Assembly: GCA_036446855.1 (NCBI GenBank)
Contig: JAZFTU010000153.1
Span: forward strand, 1 to 40,015
DNA: 40,015 nt
Source of the DNA: Candidatus Hydrothermarchaeaceae archaeon
Lineage (GTDB): Archaea > Hydrothermarchaeota > Hydrothermarchaeia > Hydrothermarchaeales > Hydrothermarchaeaceae
Reading direction: 5' to 3'
In this document: in pieces, positions 1-9,080 of the stretch
How positions within the stretch are numbered: position 1 is the first letter of the stretch
Layout: each line of letters starts with the position of its first letter
Notes under the pieces: generated by a model
Databases searched by the model: none
What the model was told of the DNA's origin: nothing
Seen by the model: the letters and a program-made list of their open reading frames with translations, nothing else
Made by a program: the position numbers and the translations under genes

Positions 1-871
1 GGGGGAGAAGACCAACGAGCAAATCGCTGCTGCAATGAAGATAACGCCAAGGAGGGTGCAGCAGTTATATCAGAAGTACAAGGCAACAGGCACTATTCCT
101 AAGCTAAATAAGAACCGGAGGCCCAAGACACATCTCACAGGAGATCAAAAGCAGATAATAGACGGAGCCCACCGTGAGGTCTATCTGGGGGCCAGGCTGC
201 TAAGGCACCATATCAGAAGACGCTGTGGGATGAACGTGCCCCAGAACAATATCCACGAATACCTCCTGGAGAAAGGATATTCGAAGCCCAATCCCAAGAA
301 GCAGAAGAAACGCAAGCGATGCAGATATGAGAGGAGGTACAGCCTGAGCCTTCTTCACGGTGACTGGTTTGAATGGAAGGGAAAGCACCTCTAGCGGCTT
401 TGAAGACGACGCATCCAGGAAAGATGCTTGCCCTCAGGGAGTTCAACGCTGCCAATGAGGAGAACACGCTGAAGGTGTTCAGGGAAACTTGAGGTGCTGG
501 TGGAAGGATGCAATGCCTACATAGCGGCGGTTACACACCGATAGAGGGACCCAGTTCTATGCTAACAAGCAGAACAAGAAAGGTACGAGCATGACCGAGT
601 TCCAGAAGTTAAAGGGATAAAACATATCCCGTCAAGGAGGAACAACCCGCAGACGAATGGCAAGTTTGAGAGATGGATAGAGGGGTACAAGAAGCACAGG
701 GATAAGTTCGAGTCAGACCTGGAATTCATGGACGGGTATAACGACAGGTTACATGGAGCCCTCAAGCTGGAGTGGGCAGAAACACCGAATGAAGCCGTTA
801 TTAGGAAGTTGAGACCAGAGACCCACCCAGGGCTGTTCTTTGAGAATGTTGCGATTGCAAAGGAGATGTGA
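1..871 (+). pseudogene. Degraded DDE (rve/integrase-core type) IS transposase. The 5' end runs off the window.
   Basis: The frame of ORF 35..394 is open from nt 2 (GEKTNEQIAAAMKITPRRVQQLYQKY, HTH-like) and stops at TAG 392-394. The rest is readable only by changing frame: EDDASRK, then MLALREFNAANEENTLKVFRET, then HTDRGTQFYANK (DDE Asp region), then NPQTNGKFERWIEGY (DDE Glu region), ending at TGA 869-871. There are at least four frame breaks or stops. Confidence 0.75.
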
Positions 872-936
872 TTATGGACTTTACTTTAGACCCACGAAAT
901 AATATTCGGACTCAACACACCGAAAATAGAGTCGAT

Positions 937-1143
937 TCATTCAGCGTTTATGTATTCGAGCCCTTTGGGTGTTATCGTCCAGTATACCTCAAAACCGTAA
1001 CTTAGGACTCTTACCTGGCCATTGATTTCTAGCTGCCTTAGATTGATACGTTCTTTGGGTTTGAACTCCCTGTCGAGTATTTTTGATTCTGGCGCAGCCT
1101 GGATAAGTCGCAATAGAGACTCCAGCTCATCAGTTGATGTCAT
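937..1143 (-). CDS. Small hypothetical protein, possibly winged-helix DNA-binding
   Basis: 68-aa ORF with GGAGGG 3 nt upstream of the ATG on the minus strand. The C-terminal pattern LRQLEINGQVRV...WTITPKGLEYI resembles a recognition helix plus wing. No family was recognised. Confidence 0.45.
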   Translation of the reverse strand: MTSTDELESLLRLIQAAPESKILDREFKPKERINLRQLEINGQVRVLSYGFEVYWTITPKGLEYINAE

Positions 1144-1313
1144 ATCCCTCCATTCTTAGAAAAATAATATTTTTCATTGTAGTACTAGGAGAGTTCACTA
1201 CTGGAAAAGATAAACCATCACTTATGATAGTTTATATATGAGAAAACTCAAATAGGAGGGTGGAGCTATCATGAATAAGACGTTTTCTTATTTTTTGGCT
1301 TTAAACAGAGGTA

Positions 1314-1613
1314 GTGATAAATATGGAATTTGAAGATAGAACAATTGCATGTTGCGACTGCAGCGAGGAGTTCGTGTTTTCTGCTGATGAACAGCAGTTC
1401 TACAGCGATAAAGGATTTGAAAACGACCCAAAAAGATGCAAGCCCTGCAGACAGAGAAAGAAAAACTCGGGAAGTTCGTCACGTGGCGGATTTGGACAAA
1501 GAGAGATGTTCACCGTGACCTGCGCAGATTGCGGCGAGGAGGCACAGGTGCCTTTCAAACCCTCTGGAGACAGACCGGTCTACTGCCGCGATTGTTACCA
1601 GAAGCATAGATAG
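1314..1613 (+). CDS. Zinc-ribbon protein with a CxxC-x17-CxxC domain
   Basis: N-terminal half: CCDC...FVFSADEQQFYSDKGF...PKRCKPC. C-terminal half: CADC-x17-CRDC. The track start at 1314 is GTG. ATG 1323 (MEFEDR), with GAGGT about 10 nt upstream, is the more likely start. Confidence 0.7.
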   Translation: MINMEFEDRTIACCDCSEEFVFSADEQQFYSDKGFENDPKRCKPCRQRKKNSGSSSRGGFGQREMFTVTCADCGEEAQVPFKPSGDRPVYCRDCYQKHR

Positions 1614-1764
1614 GTTGACGAAGAAAATACAGGCGTTGAATTCCGTCTTAAAAACTTGTTGGATGGAGTAGACGGCAGTGGAAACATCAGTTCAAAGTTT
1701 GTCAAGGTCGGCATAAACAAAGCAATAAACTATAGCATGTTAAGATTAAAGCGGAAGTAAAAAT

Positions 1765-1887
1765 ATGAGTTGCCCCAGATTTTGCCGGTGTAGAACTTAT
1801 AAACCAGGTAGAGGCGGTTCCCTCAGGCAAAACTGTCGTTTCTGGATAAAAGATACCAGTAGTTGTAAAGTAATAAAAACAGTATAA
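1765..1887 (+). CDS. Candidate 40-aa Cys-rich, highly basic small protein (below the ORF-track cutoff)
   Basis: My own translation is MSCPRFCRCRTYKPGRGGSLRQNCRFWIKDTSSCKVIKTV. It has 5 Cys, 10 Arg/Lys and 1 acidic residue. The stop at 1885-1887 lies immediately before a hairpin and T6 tract. No homology was recognised. Confidence 0.25.
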   Translation: MSCPRFCRCRTYKPGRGGSLRQNCRFWIKDTSSCKVIKTV

Positions 1888-1894
1888 TTAAATC

Positions 1895-1938
1895 CACTCA
1901 AAATCAAGCGTTACTGTTAGGTTGAGTGAATGTTTTTT
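1895..1938 (+). terminator. Hairpin plus oligo-T tract, candidate transcript end
   Basis: CACTCAA (1895-1901) pairs with TTGAGTG (1922-1928), followed by a T6 run at 1933-1938. An alternative outer stem is AAATCCAC (1890-1897) with GTGGATTT (1940-1947). Confidence 0.3.
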
Positions 1939-2047
1939 CGTGGATTTACCTTTAAACAGTTCGCTTTCGCGAACTGGAATTTGAGTTTTACCTGGGCACC
2001 GGATTCCCAAGAGTGATTGATTATCCCTAAATTCGCGAAGTTTCAAG

Positions 2048-2971
2048 CTAAAGCCCCCATCTCCAATAGGAGATTACAAAGAGAACAAAAAATACGAGCA
2101 CGAGGTTCATGTATGCAATAAAGTAAAACACCTTCTCAATCTGGCGTTTTGGCGGAGCAAGCTCTGCATCAAATGTTCCTACGACCTTCAGTTGTTCCAA
2201 CTTCCCCTCGTCGTGTGGTGCCTTTTTTAGGGCCCATGTGAGGTCCTCTCCTGCCAGATGTTTCATATGGACTCCACCTTTCCAATGTTTTTGTCTGCTT
2301 ACATCGTATACCTCCGCCCCATACGCAATATAAGAAGGCCTGTTCCCTTTTCCGTCAAATGATGAAAGGGTTACCGGGTCGTATACTCCCGTTTTAGGGC
2401 TCTCTGCTTTAGGTACTCTCTTCCTAAGCCTTGGCCCTACAAAAGTTATAATGAAAACTGCCGTAGATATCATGACCAGGTAGAGGCCAATCTTAAGGGA
2501 GAGTACAGTCCCCCAGGGACTTGTGTACAGTACATCAAATCTCCGTATCCTCGATATGGTAAGGAGTGTGCCGGTTATGCCCACAAGAATCATAGATGCC
2601 ATCCCGAGGGCCACCTCCCCTTTTGGAAGCCCCTTAGACGCATATCCTGGCTTCAAGATTATATGAACGTACAGGATTGTGCCAAACCAGATGAAGGCCG
2701 CTGCAATATGGATAAAACCTACAAAAAGCCTGACTGGCTTTTTTATCGGTCCGAGCACCCTGTAGCCACCTGAAGGGGGCCACATATAGCCTGAGGCCGC
2801 AAACTCAAGTCCGGTTGATGTAAGCGACCCTTTATCTGTGCCAAGGTGGCATATGTTGCAAGTCTGGTTGGTTTTCTTTGAAAATTCCGGGAGTGCAAAA
2901 GAAAATGCAGGAACCAGTTGCAAAACAAGAATCAAAATAAAAAACAGTGCTTTTTGTCTGCGTTGAAACAT
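2048..2971 (-). CDS. Membrane cytochrome-like protein: signal peptide, one CxxCH heme-c motif, His-containing TM helices, a cytochrome b5-like domain and a C-terminal TM anchor
   Basis: N-terminus has a hydrophobic leader (ALFFILILVLQLVPAFSFA) followed by CNICH. TM segment: FVGFIHIAAAFIWFGTILYVHIIL, plus two more hydrophobic helices. Soluble block: YDPVTLSSFDGKGNRPSYIAYGAEVYDVSRQKHWKGGVHMKHLAGEDLT, which has the cytochrome b5-like heme/steroid-binding pattern. Terminal TM: FYFIAYMNLVLVFFVLFVISYW. Confidence 0.7.
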   Translation of the reverse strand: MFQRRQKALFFILILVLQLVPAFSFALPEFSKKTNQTCNICHLGTDKGSLTSTGLEFAASGYMWPPSGGYRVLGPIKKPVRLFVGFIHIAAAFIWFGTILYVHIILKPGYASKGLPKGEVALGMASMILVGITGTLLTISRIRRFDVLYTSPWGTVLSLKIGLYLVMISTAVFIITFVGPRLRKRVPKAESPKTGVYDPVTLSSFDGKGNRPSYIAYGAEVYDVSRQKHWKGGVHMKHLAGEDLTWALKKAPHDEGKLEQLKVVGTFDAELAPPKRQIEKVFYFIAYMNLVLVFFVLFVISYWRWGL

Positions 2972-3266
2972 CCGTATAACCTCTACTTCACCCTATTATT
3001 TATTGAAGTACTATTTAAAATTAAATTTCTGATTTTTACGGCCGCGTATGAGTTGCAAGTATGCCCACAAAACGCCTCCCCGCCAAGCAGGTAAAACAGC
3101 AATCCTAACTATCCAAACCGACTTCCTTCAAAAACCTTTTGTGCCTTTCCTCTTTTTCCTTGAGCATTCGAAACTTCTCAATTAAGGAGAGTTTCTCAAA
3201 TTCTTCGATTTCCACAGATTCACCTTGTTTTATTTTTATAAAATATGGGATATAAAGGTTTCTATA

Positions 3267-4523
3267 TTATGTCCCCATCTCCCAGCTTGAGAGGTATTTT
3301 TTCTGCTCTTTAGTTAGTTTATCAATCTTAACGCCCATGCTCGAAAGTTTGAGCCTGGCAACTTCCTTGTCAATGCTTTCAGGTACCGGGTAGACCAGCG
3401 GTTTTAGCTTCTTTCCCTCTTTTTTGATGTACCTCGCACACAGGGCCTGGTTTGCAAATGACATGTCCATGACGGCTGCCGGATGGCCCTCTGCTGCGGC
3501 GAGGTTAATAAGGCGGCCCTCGCCAAGTAAAAATAGGCTCTTCCCGCTCTTGAGAACGTACTCTTCGACGCTGTCGCGGATTTTCCTCTTCTTGCTTGAT
3601 AGCCTTTCAAGTTCAGGGATGTCTATTTCTACATTGAAGTGTCCAGAGTTTGCTATTATCGCCCCGTCTTTCATAAGTTTCATGTGCTCACCGCGTATGA
3701 CATTCATGTTCCCTGTGACCGTGACAAATATATCGCCGATTTTAGCAGCGTCCGAAAGCGGCATCACGCGATAGCCATCCATCACTGCTTCTAGAGCCTT
3801 TAGCGGGTCAACTTCTGTCACTATCACGTTTGCACCCATCCCTGAAGCGCGCATGGCAAGGCCCCTCCCGCAAAATCCGTACCCGCCTACTACAAAATTA
3901 CTCCCTGCGATAAGGACGTTTGTTGCTCTGAGTATGCCGTCTATCGTGCTCTGTCCGGTCCCATAGCGGTTGTCAAAGAAGTGCTTTGTTGCGGCATCGT
4001 TTACTGCTATTACCGGATATTTTAATACGCCGTCCCGTTCCATGCTTTTAAAACGAATTACGCCTGTTGTAGTCTCCTCGGTTCCAGCCAAAACGTCGCC
4101 AAGAACCTCTTTTCTTTTAGAAAGGATGGTAGATACCAAATCCCCCCCATCGTCCATCGTTATGTTCGGCCTTTTGTCAAGTACTTTGTAGATGTGGTCA
4201 TAGTAGGTTTTTTTGTTCTCGCCCCTGACTGCGAAAACAGGTATTTTAAAATCTTTAACAAGGGATGCAGAAACGTCATCCTGCGTGGAAAGGGGGTTTG
4301 ATGCGCAGATGAAGACATCGGCCCCACCCGCTTTTAAGGTGTCAAGGAGGTTTGCAGTCTCGGAGGTAACGTGGAGGCATGCGGCAACTTTCGTGCCCTT
4401 TAGAGGCTTTTCCTTCTTGAATCTTTCCTTTATTAGATTTAATACTGGCATCTGCCTTGATGCCCACTCGATTCGGAGCTTTCCCCTATTTGCAAGCGTT
4501 ATGTCCTTTATGTCATAATCCAA
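3267..4523 (-). CDS. ahcY: S-adenosyl-L-homocysteine hydrolase
   Basis: 418 aa. N-terminus [26 protein letters not shown], motif HVTSETANL, and NAD-binding GGYGFCGRG. Full-length colinear resemblance to archaeal AhcY. Confidence 0.93.
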   Translation of the reverse strand: MDYDIKDITLANRGKLRIEWASRQMPVLNLIKERFKKEKPLKGTKVAACLHVTSETANLLDTLKAGGADVFICASNPLSTQDDVSASLVKDFKIPVFAVRGENKKTYYDHIYKVLDKRPNITMDDGGDLVSTILSKRKEVLGDVLAGTEETTTGVIRFKSMERDGVLKYPVIAVNDAATKHFFDNRYGTGQSTIDGILRATNVLIAGSNFVVGGYGFCGRGLAMRASGMGANVIVTEVDPLKALEAVMDGYRVMPLSDAAKIGDIFVTVTGNMNVIRGEHMKLMKDGAIIANSGHFNVEIDIPELERLSSKKRKIRDSVEEYVLKSGKSLFLLGEGRLINLAAAEGHPAAVMDMSFANQALCARYIKKEGKKLKPLVYPVPESIDKEVARLKLSSMGVKIDKLTKEQKKYLSSWEMGT

Positions 4524-4586
4524 ACGGTATCACCGTAAAGGTCCATTAACAAAAGTAATATAAGTATATTATGCTGATAAAGTGGC

Positions 4587-5288
4587 ATGCTCTATGATGT
4601 CATTGGAAAGATATCCATTGTTTTGGGATTAATAACAGTGGGACTTATTTTCTTGACACTTTTTTTAGGGGCATTCCTTCTTAAGAAGAACAGATTTGTT
4701 TTTCCAAAGGTGATGCTCTTTACTATAGACACGCTTTATCTGCAACTAATGAAAATTGCGAAATTATTTGGGATGGGCCCCCATATCGTGGACCAGATAG
4801 GAATAGAAATTAGAAACCACCTGAACAATAAAAAATTCATGAATATTAAAGGAAAGGACAGGATTTTAGTTGTCCCCCAGTGCCTGAGGAGTGTAAAATG
4901 TCCGGCAAGGCTCGACTCGTCTGTTGGCATCGCCTGCAAAGATTGCGGCCTGTGCGTGATAAAGGAATTAAAGGCAGAAGCAGACCGGCTTGGATACGGG
5001 TTCTATATCGTCCCCGGCGGGCGTTTTGTTGAGAGGATAGTTAAAAAAATAAGACCTAGGGCCGCTCTCGGTGTCGCATGCTTCAAGGACTTGAACATGG
5101 GCATGCATGAACTTTCGAAAGCAAAGTGCCTGGTGGTTGGCGTGCCGCTCATAAAAGATGGGTGCGTCGAGACCAATGTCAACATAAATCAGCTTCTTTC
5201 ATTAATGAAGCTCGGCATTGAACAGGGGGCAGGAGATATCCAGAAAGGGTGCTCTCCCGAGCTAGGGCTTAAAGATGCTAAGAGCTGA
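4587..5288 (+). CDS. DUF116-family membrane-anchored Cys-rich protein
   Basis: N-terminal TM helix followed by LVVPQCLRSVKCPARLDSSVGIACKDCGLCVI and GVACFKDL. This conserved-Cys layout is what I recall for DUF116. Confidence 0.6.
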   Translation: MLYDVIGKISIVLGLITVGLIFLTLFLGAFLLKKNRFVFPKVMLFTIDTLYLQLMKIAKLFGMGPHIVDQIGIEIRNHLNNKKFMNIKGKDRILVVPQCLRSVKCPARLDSSVGIACKDCGLCVIKELKAEADRLGYGFYIVPGGRFVERIVKKIRPRAALGVACFKDLNMGMHELSKAKCLVVGVPLIKDGCVETNVNINQLLSLMKLGIEQGAGDIQKGCSPELGLKDAKS

Positions 5289-6180
5289 AAGTCTGGAGGT
5301 TCCAGACCTGCGTGAAGAGGTCACAGGCTTCAAACCTTTTACAGATTTTACCGACAGCCACATGCATATCGACCCATTAAATGGTGAGGGGATAGATGCG
5401 GTAAAAAAGTTTGAACATGCGGGGGGGCGCTTTCTATTTCTCGTATGCAAGATGGCCAAAGACTGGAATTTTAAATCCAATCAAGATGGATTGGAAAAAC
5501 TTTTTCATGCGACAATAAACCTCTCAAAAAAGATAAATGAACAAACAGGAGTCTCATCCTTTCCCGTGATTGGGGTGCATCCTGCAGAGTTCACAGGCAT
5601 GTGCGAGGAGAAAGGGATAGAAAAGGCCCTCAATATCGCAAAGGCGGGAATACGCCTAGCTGGAAAAATGATAGATGAGCAGATGGCAGTTGCAATCGGG
5701 GAAGTGGGAAGGCCGCATTTTGAGGTAACTTCCGAGATAATCGATGCCTCAAACGAGCTTATGGCATATGCATTTGAAGTTGCATCTGACGTGGATTGCG
5801 CCGTACAGCTTCATACCGAAAGCGTGGGAGAAGAGCAGCTGGAGGAATTTGGCATGCTTGCAAAATCAAATGGACTTGATTCAAAAAGGGTAATAAAACA
5901 CTATGCGCCTCCGCTGATTGTTGCGGCCGAGAAAGCAGGAATTTTTCCATCACTTGTTGCATCAGAAGAAAATATAAAGACCGGAATTCAGGAGGGCGCT
6001 AGATTCTTAATGGAGAGCGACTATATTGACGACCTCACAAGGCCCGGAGCCGTGACAGGGCCAAAGAGCGTCCCGAAGGTCAGCCTCCGGCTTGTTAGAG
6101 AGGGCTTTTTCATCGAAGAGGACCTAATTAAGATACATATCGAAAACGTGGAAGAGGCCTATGGGATTTCTCTGATTTAA
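5275..6180 (+). CDS. TatD-related metal-dependent hydrolase
   Basis: N-terminal DSHMHID (HxH metal motif), later His/Glu/Asp positions (GVHPAE, QLHTES), about 300 aa. Overlaps the upstream gene by 14 nt. Confidence 0.65.
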   Translation: MLRAESLEVPDLREEVTGFKPFTDFTDSHMHIDPLNGEGIDAVKKFEHAGGRFLFLVCKMAKDWNFKSNQDGLEKLFHATINLSKKINEQTGVSSFPVIGVHPAEFTGMCEEKGIEKALNIAKAGIRLAGKMIDEQMAVAIGEVGRPHFEVTSEIIDASNELMAYAFEVASDVDCAVQLHTESVGEEQLEEFGMLAKSNGLDSKRVIKHYAPPLIVAAEKAGIFPSLVASEENIKTGIQEGARFLMESDYIDDLTRPGAVTGPKSVPKVSLRLVREGFFIEEDLIKIHIENVEEAYGISLI

Positions 6181-6337
6181 TTTTCCACTGGAAACTTAAC
6201 TTCTCACTTTTCCTGTGCTCTAGCTCAACAAAGAAATATCAGCCCCCCTGTATTTCTACTGGACACTAAATATGTACAGACCCAACATCCGGAGTGGAAG
6301 TATACCCGGTATAGAAGAGGTTCATGGCAAATAGAAA

Positions 6338-8419
6338 ATGAGTTATATGCGGTTCAAAACAATGGATGTGATTGACATGGAAGCTTTGGCACAGGAGATT
6401 GACGTTGGCGATGCAGAGGCCCGTTTTGAAAAATTTTTCAGGATTTATTATAACAGGGAAATTCTCAAAATAGCAGAAGGGTATCCCGAATTAAGGAGCC
6501 TTAATGTTGACTTTCACGTACTCGAAAAATACGATATCTCGCTTGCTGACGGCCTTCTTGCCAGCCCGGATTTTATACTCCCCATGGCAGAGAAGGCCAT
6601 CAAAAATATTGACCTTCCGGTTGAACTCCCTTCTGTCAAATTAAACATACGATTTGAAAATCTGCCACCCTCCCAGAAGGTAATGGTAAGGGACCTTAGA
6701 AGCGAAGACGTTGGAAGATTTCTTGTTGTAGAGGGCATTGTGAGGAAGTCTACCGATGTTCGGCCAAAACTTATTACGGGTGCATTTGAATGCCAGCGCT
6801 GTGGCAGTATCATGTACGTTGAACAGGGTGGAAATAAGCTAAAAGACCCCTTCATGTGCGACAGTTGCGAAAAGAGGGGACCTTTCAAACTTTTGGTGCC
6901 AGAGTCGACCTTTATCGACTCCCAGAAAATATTGATACAGGAAACCCTCGAAGAGCTCAGAGGAGGGGAACACCCAAAGCAGCTCACAATTTACGTTGCG
7001 GATGATATGACCGGGAAGATTAATCCGGGAGACAGAATTGAGATAACAGGAACTTTAAGGGCAACGATGAAAACTGTGGGAAATTTGAAGTCGCGAGTCT
7101 TTGAGCTGCTTGTAGAGGCAAATTCACACCTCCCAGTTGAACTCGAGTTTGAAGAAGTCAAAATAACAGAGGAGGATGAAGATAAGATTTTAAATATGTC
7201 AAAAGACCCAGACATCTACAATAAAATCAGGGACAGTATTGCCCCCCATATCTATGGTTATAATGATATTAAGGAGGCAATCATGTATCAGCTGTTCTCT
7301 GCCCCGGAAATAAAGATGTTAGACGGTGGGAAAGTTAGGGGGGACAGCCATATTATCATCATGGGCGAGCCAGCAACAGGCAAAAGTGAGATTTTGCAGT
7401 ACGTCGCAAAGACACTGGCTCCTCGAGGTATATACACGAGCGGTGCGGGGACATCTGCTGCCGGGCTTACGGCAGCAGCAATAAAAGATGAATTTGGGGA
7501 CGGAGGATGGAGTCTTGAAGCAGGGGCCCTTGTGCTGGCCGACAAAGGCATCGCCTGTATAGACGAATTTGACAAGATGGAAGCGAAGGACAGGGGCGCA
7601 ATGCATGAGGCTATGGAGCAGCAGACTGTGAGTATTGCAAAGGCAGGAATGCTTGCAACTTTCAGCTCCAGGTGCTCAATCCTTGCTGCCGCAAATCCCA
7701 AGTATGGGAGATTCGACGATTATCGGCCGATATCAGAACAGATTAATTTATCACCTGCAATTCTATCAAGGTTCGATCTCATATTCTTTGTAAGAGATGA
7801 CCTTGAGGATACAAAAAAAGTCGCAAGACACATTCTCGACACGGTGGTTATGCCGGAGAAGGCATCGCCTGAAATAAGTCCTGAGGACTTAAGGAAATAC
7901 ATAGCCTATGCCCGGCAGCAGGTATTCCCTGTACTTTCAGATGAGGCACGGGAGAGAATCGAGCAGTTCTACGTGAGTATGCGCGAAAAGGCAAAGGAAG
8001 CCGAAGGCATGCCTATACCACTCACTGCAAGGCAGCTCTGGGCAATATTGAGGCTCGCTAGGGCCGCATCAAGAGTGAGGCTTTCGGATGAAACCACAAT
8101 TGAAGATGTAGAAAGGGCCATTCGACTTGTTGAGGTTTCGCTAAAGCAGGCAGGTTTTGACACCGAAGCTGGAAACTACGACATAGATAAAATAATGGTG
8201 GGTGTTACAAAATCACAAAGGGACAGGCTAACCCAGGTACTGGATATAATAAGAGAGCTAGAAAAGGAGGTAAAGGCCCCTGTGATGAAATCAGAGATTG
8301 TCGAGAGAGCGGGGAAAGAAGGGATCTCAGATAGCGAGGTAGAAAGTGCCCTGGAACGGTTAAAGCTGGATGGGCAAATTTACGACCCAAATCGCAACGA
8401 TAGGTATAAGATTGTTTAA
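6338..8419 (+). CDS. mcm: MCM replicative helicase
   Basis: C4 zinc finger CQRCG...CDSCEK, Walker A GEPATGKS, Walker B CIDEFDKM, arginine finger SRFDL, and a C-terminal winged-helix tail. The length of 693 aa shows no intein-sized insertion. Confidence 0.95.
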   Translation: MSYMRFKTMDVIDMEALAQEIDVGDAEARFEKFFRIYYNREILKIAEGYPELRSLNVDFHVLEKYDISLADGLLASPDFILPMAEKAIKNIDLPVELPSVKLNIRFENLPPSQKVMVRDLRSEDVGRFLVVEGIVRKSTDVRPKLITGAFECQRCGSIMYVEQGGNKLKDPFMCDSCEKRGPFKLLVPESTFIDSQKILIQETLEELRGGEHPKQLTIYVADDMTGKINPGDRIEITGTLRATMKTVGNLKSRVFELLVEANSHLPVELEFEEVKITEEDEDKILNMSKDPDIYNKIRDSIAPHIYGYNDIKEAIMYQLFSAPEIKMLDGGKVRGDSHIIIMGEPATGKSEILQYVAKTLAPRGIYTSGAGTSAAGLTAAAIKDEFGDGGWSLEAGALVLADKGIACIDEFDKMEAKDRGAMHEAMEQQTVSIAKAGMLATFSSRCSILAAANPKYGRFDDYRPISEQINLSPAILSRFDLIFFVRDDLEDTKKVARHILDTVVMPEKASPEISPEDLRKYIAYARQQVFPVLSDEARERIEQFYVSMREKAKEAEGMPIPLTARQLWAILRLARAASRVRLSDETTIEDVERAIRLVEVSLKQAGFDTEAGNYDIDKIMVGVTKSQRDRLTQVLDIIRELEKEVKAPVMKSEIVERAGKEGISDSEVESALERLKLDGQIYDPNRNDRYKIV

Positions 8420-8436
8420 GGAAGGTTAAATTTAAA

Positions 8437-9063
8437 ATGGCTTATAGGGACACTGCTTTGAAGGTCAGAATTAAGGACATAACATCTGGAAAGTTTAAAA
8501 AAGAAGGTTCGGAATGGGAGTCTTATCTCTTAACCCCCTTAAACGAAAAGGCCGCAAGAGTGAGGGTACTTGCAACGGTCGTGTCCAAATTTGTAAGCGA
8601 CAATGGGAAATACGCAAACATATCATTGGATGATGCCACTGACACGATAACGTCGCGGGCCTTTGACGATAGTGTGAAACTTATTGAAAGTACTAAGGAG
8701 GGAGACATTGTTGACGTGATAGGGAGGGTGAAGGAATATAAAGATGAAAAGTACATCAGTGCAGAATCGGTATCTCAGATAGTTGACCCAAACTGGGAGC
8801 TAGTAAGGAAACTCGAACTTGCCTTAAAGATTAAAGAGCTTGGGGGAGCTACTAGCTCAACAGGTGAAGAGGATAGTAGCAAAAATCCCAAATTGATTGT
8901 TATTCGCCATATAGAGGAATTTGACAATGGCGATGGCGTAAAATATGTAAGACTTTTAAATGAAACGGGATTTAATGACGAAAAGTTAGAGAAAATACTC
9001 ACAGAACTCATGGAGGAAGGGGATATCTACGAACCCAAAATAGGCAAATTTAAAAGGGTTTAA
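8437..9063 (+). CDS. OB-fold plus C-terminal winged-helix protein (RPA32/Stn1-like architecture)
   Basis: Starts 18 nt after the mcm stop, with AAGGAAGG upstream. OB signature: RVRVLATVVSKF...ISLDDATDTITSRAF...GDIVDVIGRVKEY. C-terminal wH-like block: VKYVRLLNETGFNDEKLEKILTELMEEGDIYEP. Confidence 0.6.
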   Translation: MAYRDTALKVRIKDITSGKFKKEGSEWESYLLTPLNEKAARVRVLATVVSKFVSDNGKYANISLDDATDTITSRAFDDSVKLIESTKEGDIVDVIGRVKEYKDEKYISAESVSQIVDPNWELVRKLELALKIKELGGATSSTGEEDSSKNPKLIVIRHIEEFDNGDGVKYVRLLNETGFNDEKLEKILTELMEEGDIYEPKIGKFKRV

Positions 9064-9080
9064 AATCAAATTGTCTTCAG

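Noticed and set aside
1271-1333. A 20-codon upstream ORF (MNKTFSYFLALNRGSDKYGI) with a strong GGAGGGTGGAG site, overlapping the start of the zinc-ribbon gene.
   Set aside because: SD-plus-ATG combinations of this kind are expected a few times by chance in 40 kb, and there is no further evidence. It could be a leader peptide, but this is not supportable from sequence alone.
1895-1907. The 13-mer CACTCAAAATCAA is shared between 1895-1907 and 19628-19640, both downstream of minus-strand genes.
   Set aside because: A single exact 13-mer match between two sites is within chance expectation for 40 kb searched on both strands. The flanks do not extend the match. At most it is a T-rich terminator-like tract on the minus strand.
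3105-3215. A 36-aa GTG-initiated minus-strand ORF (MEIEEFEKLSLIEKFRMLKEKEERHKRFLKEVGLDS) downstream of ahcY, with AAGGTGA upstream.
   Set aside because: It is short, uses a non-ATG start, has a charged low-complexity helical composition, and matches no recognisable family.
6338-8419. I checked mcm for inteins. I also checked the large genes (hdrA, the ligase, the cob genes) for in-frame TGA/TAG recoding (selenocysteine or pyrrolysine).
   Set aside because: MCM is of standard length with contiguous motifs. No gene other than the transposase appears as two adjacent same-direction fragments separated by a single stop. HdrA has Cys at the positions I could check.
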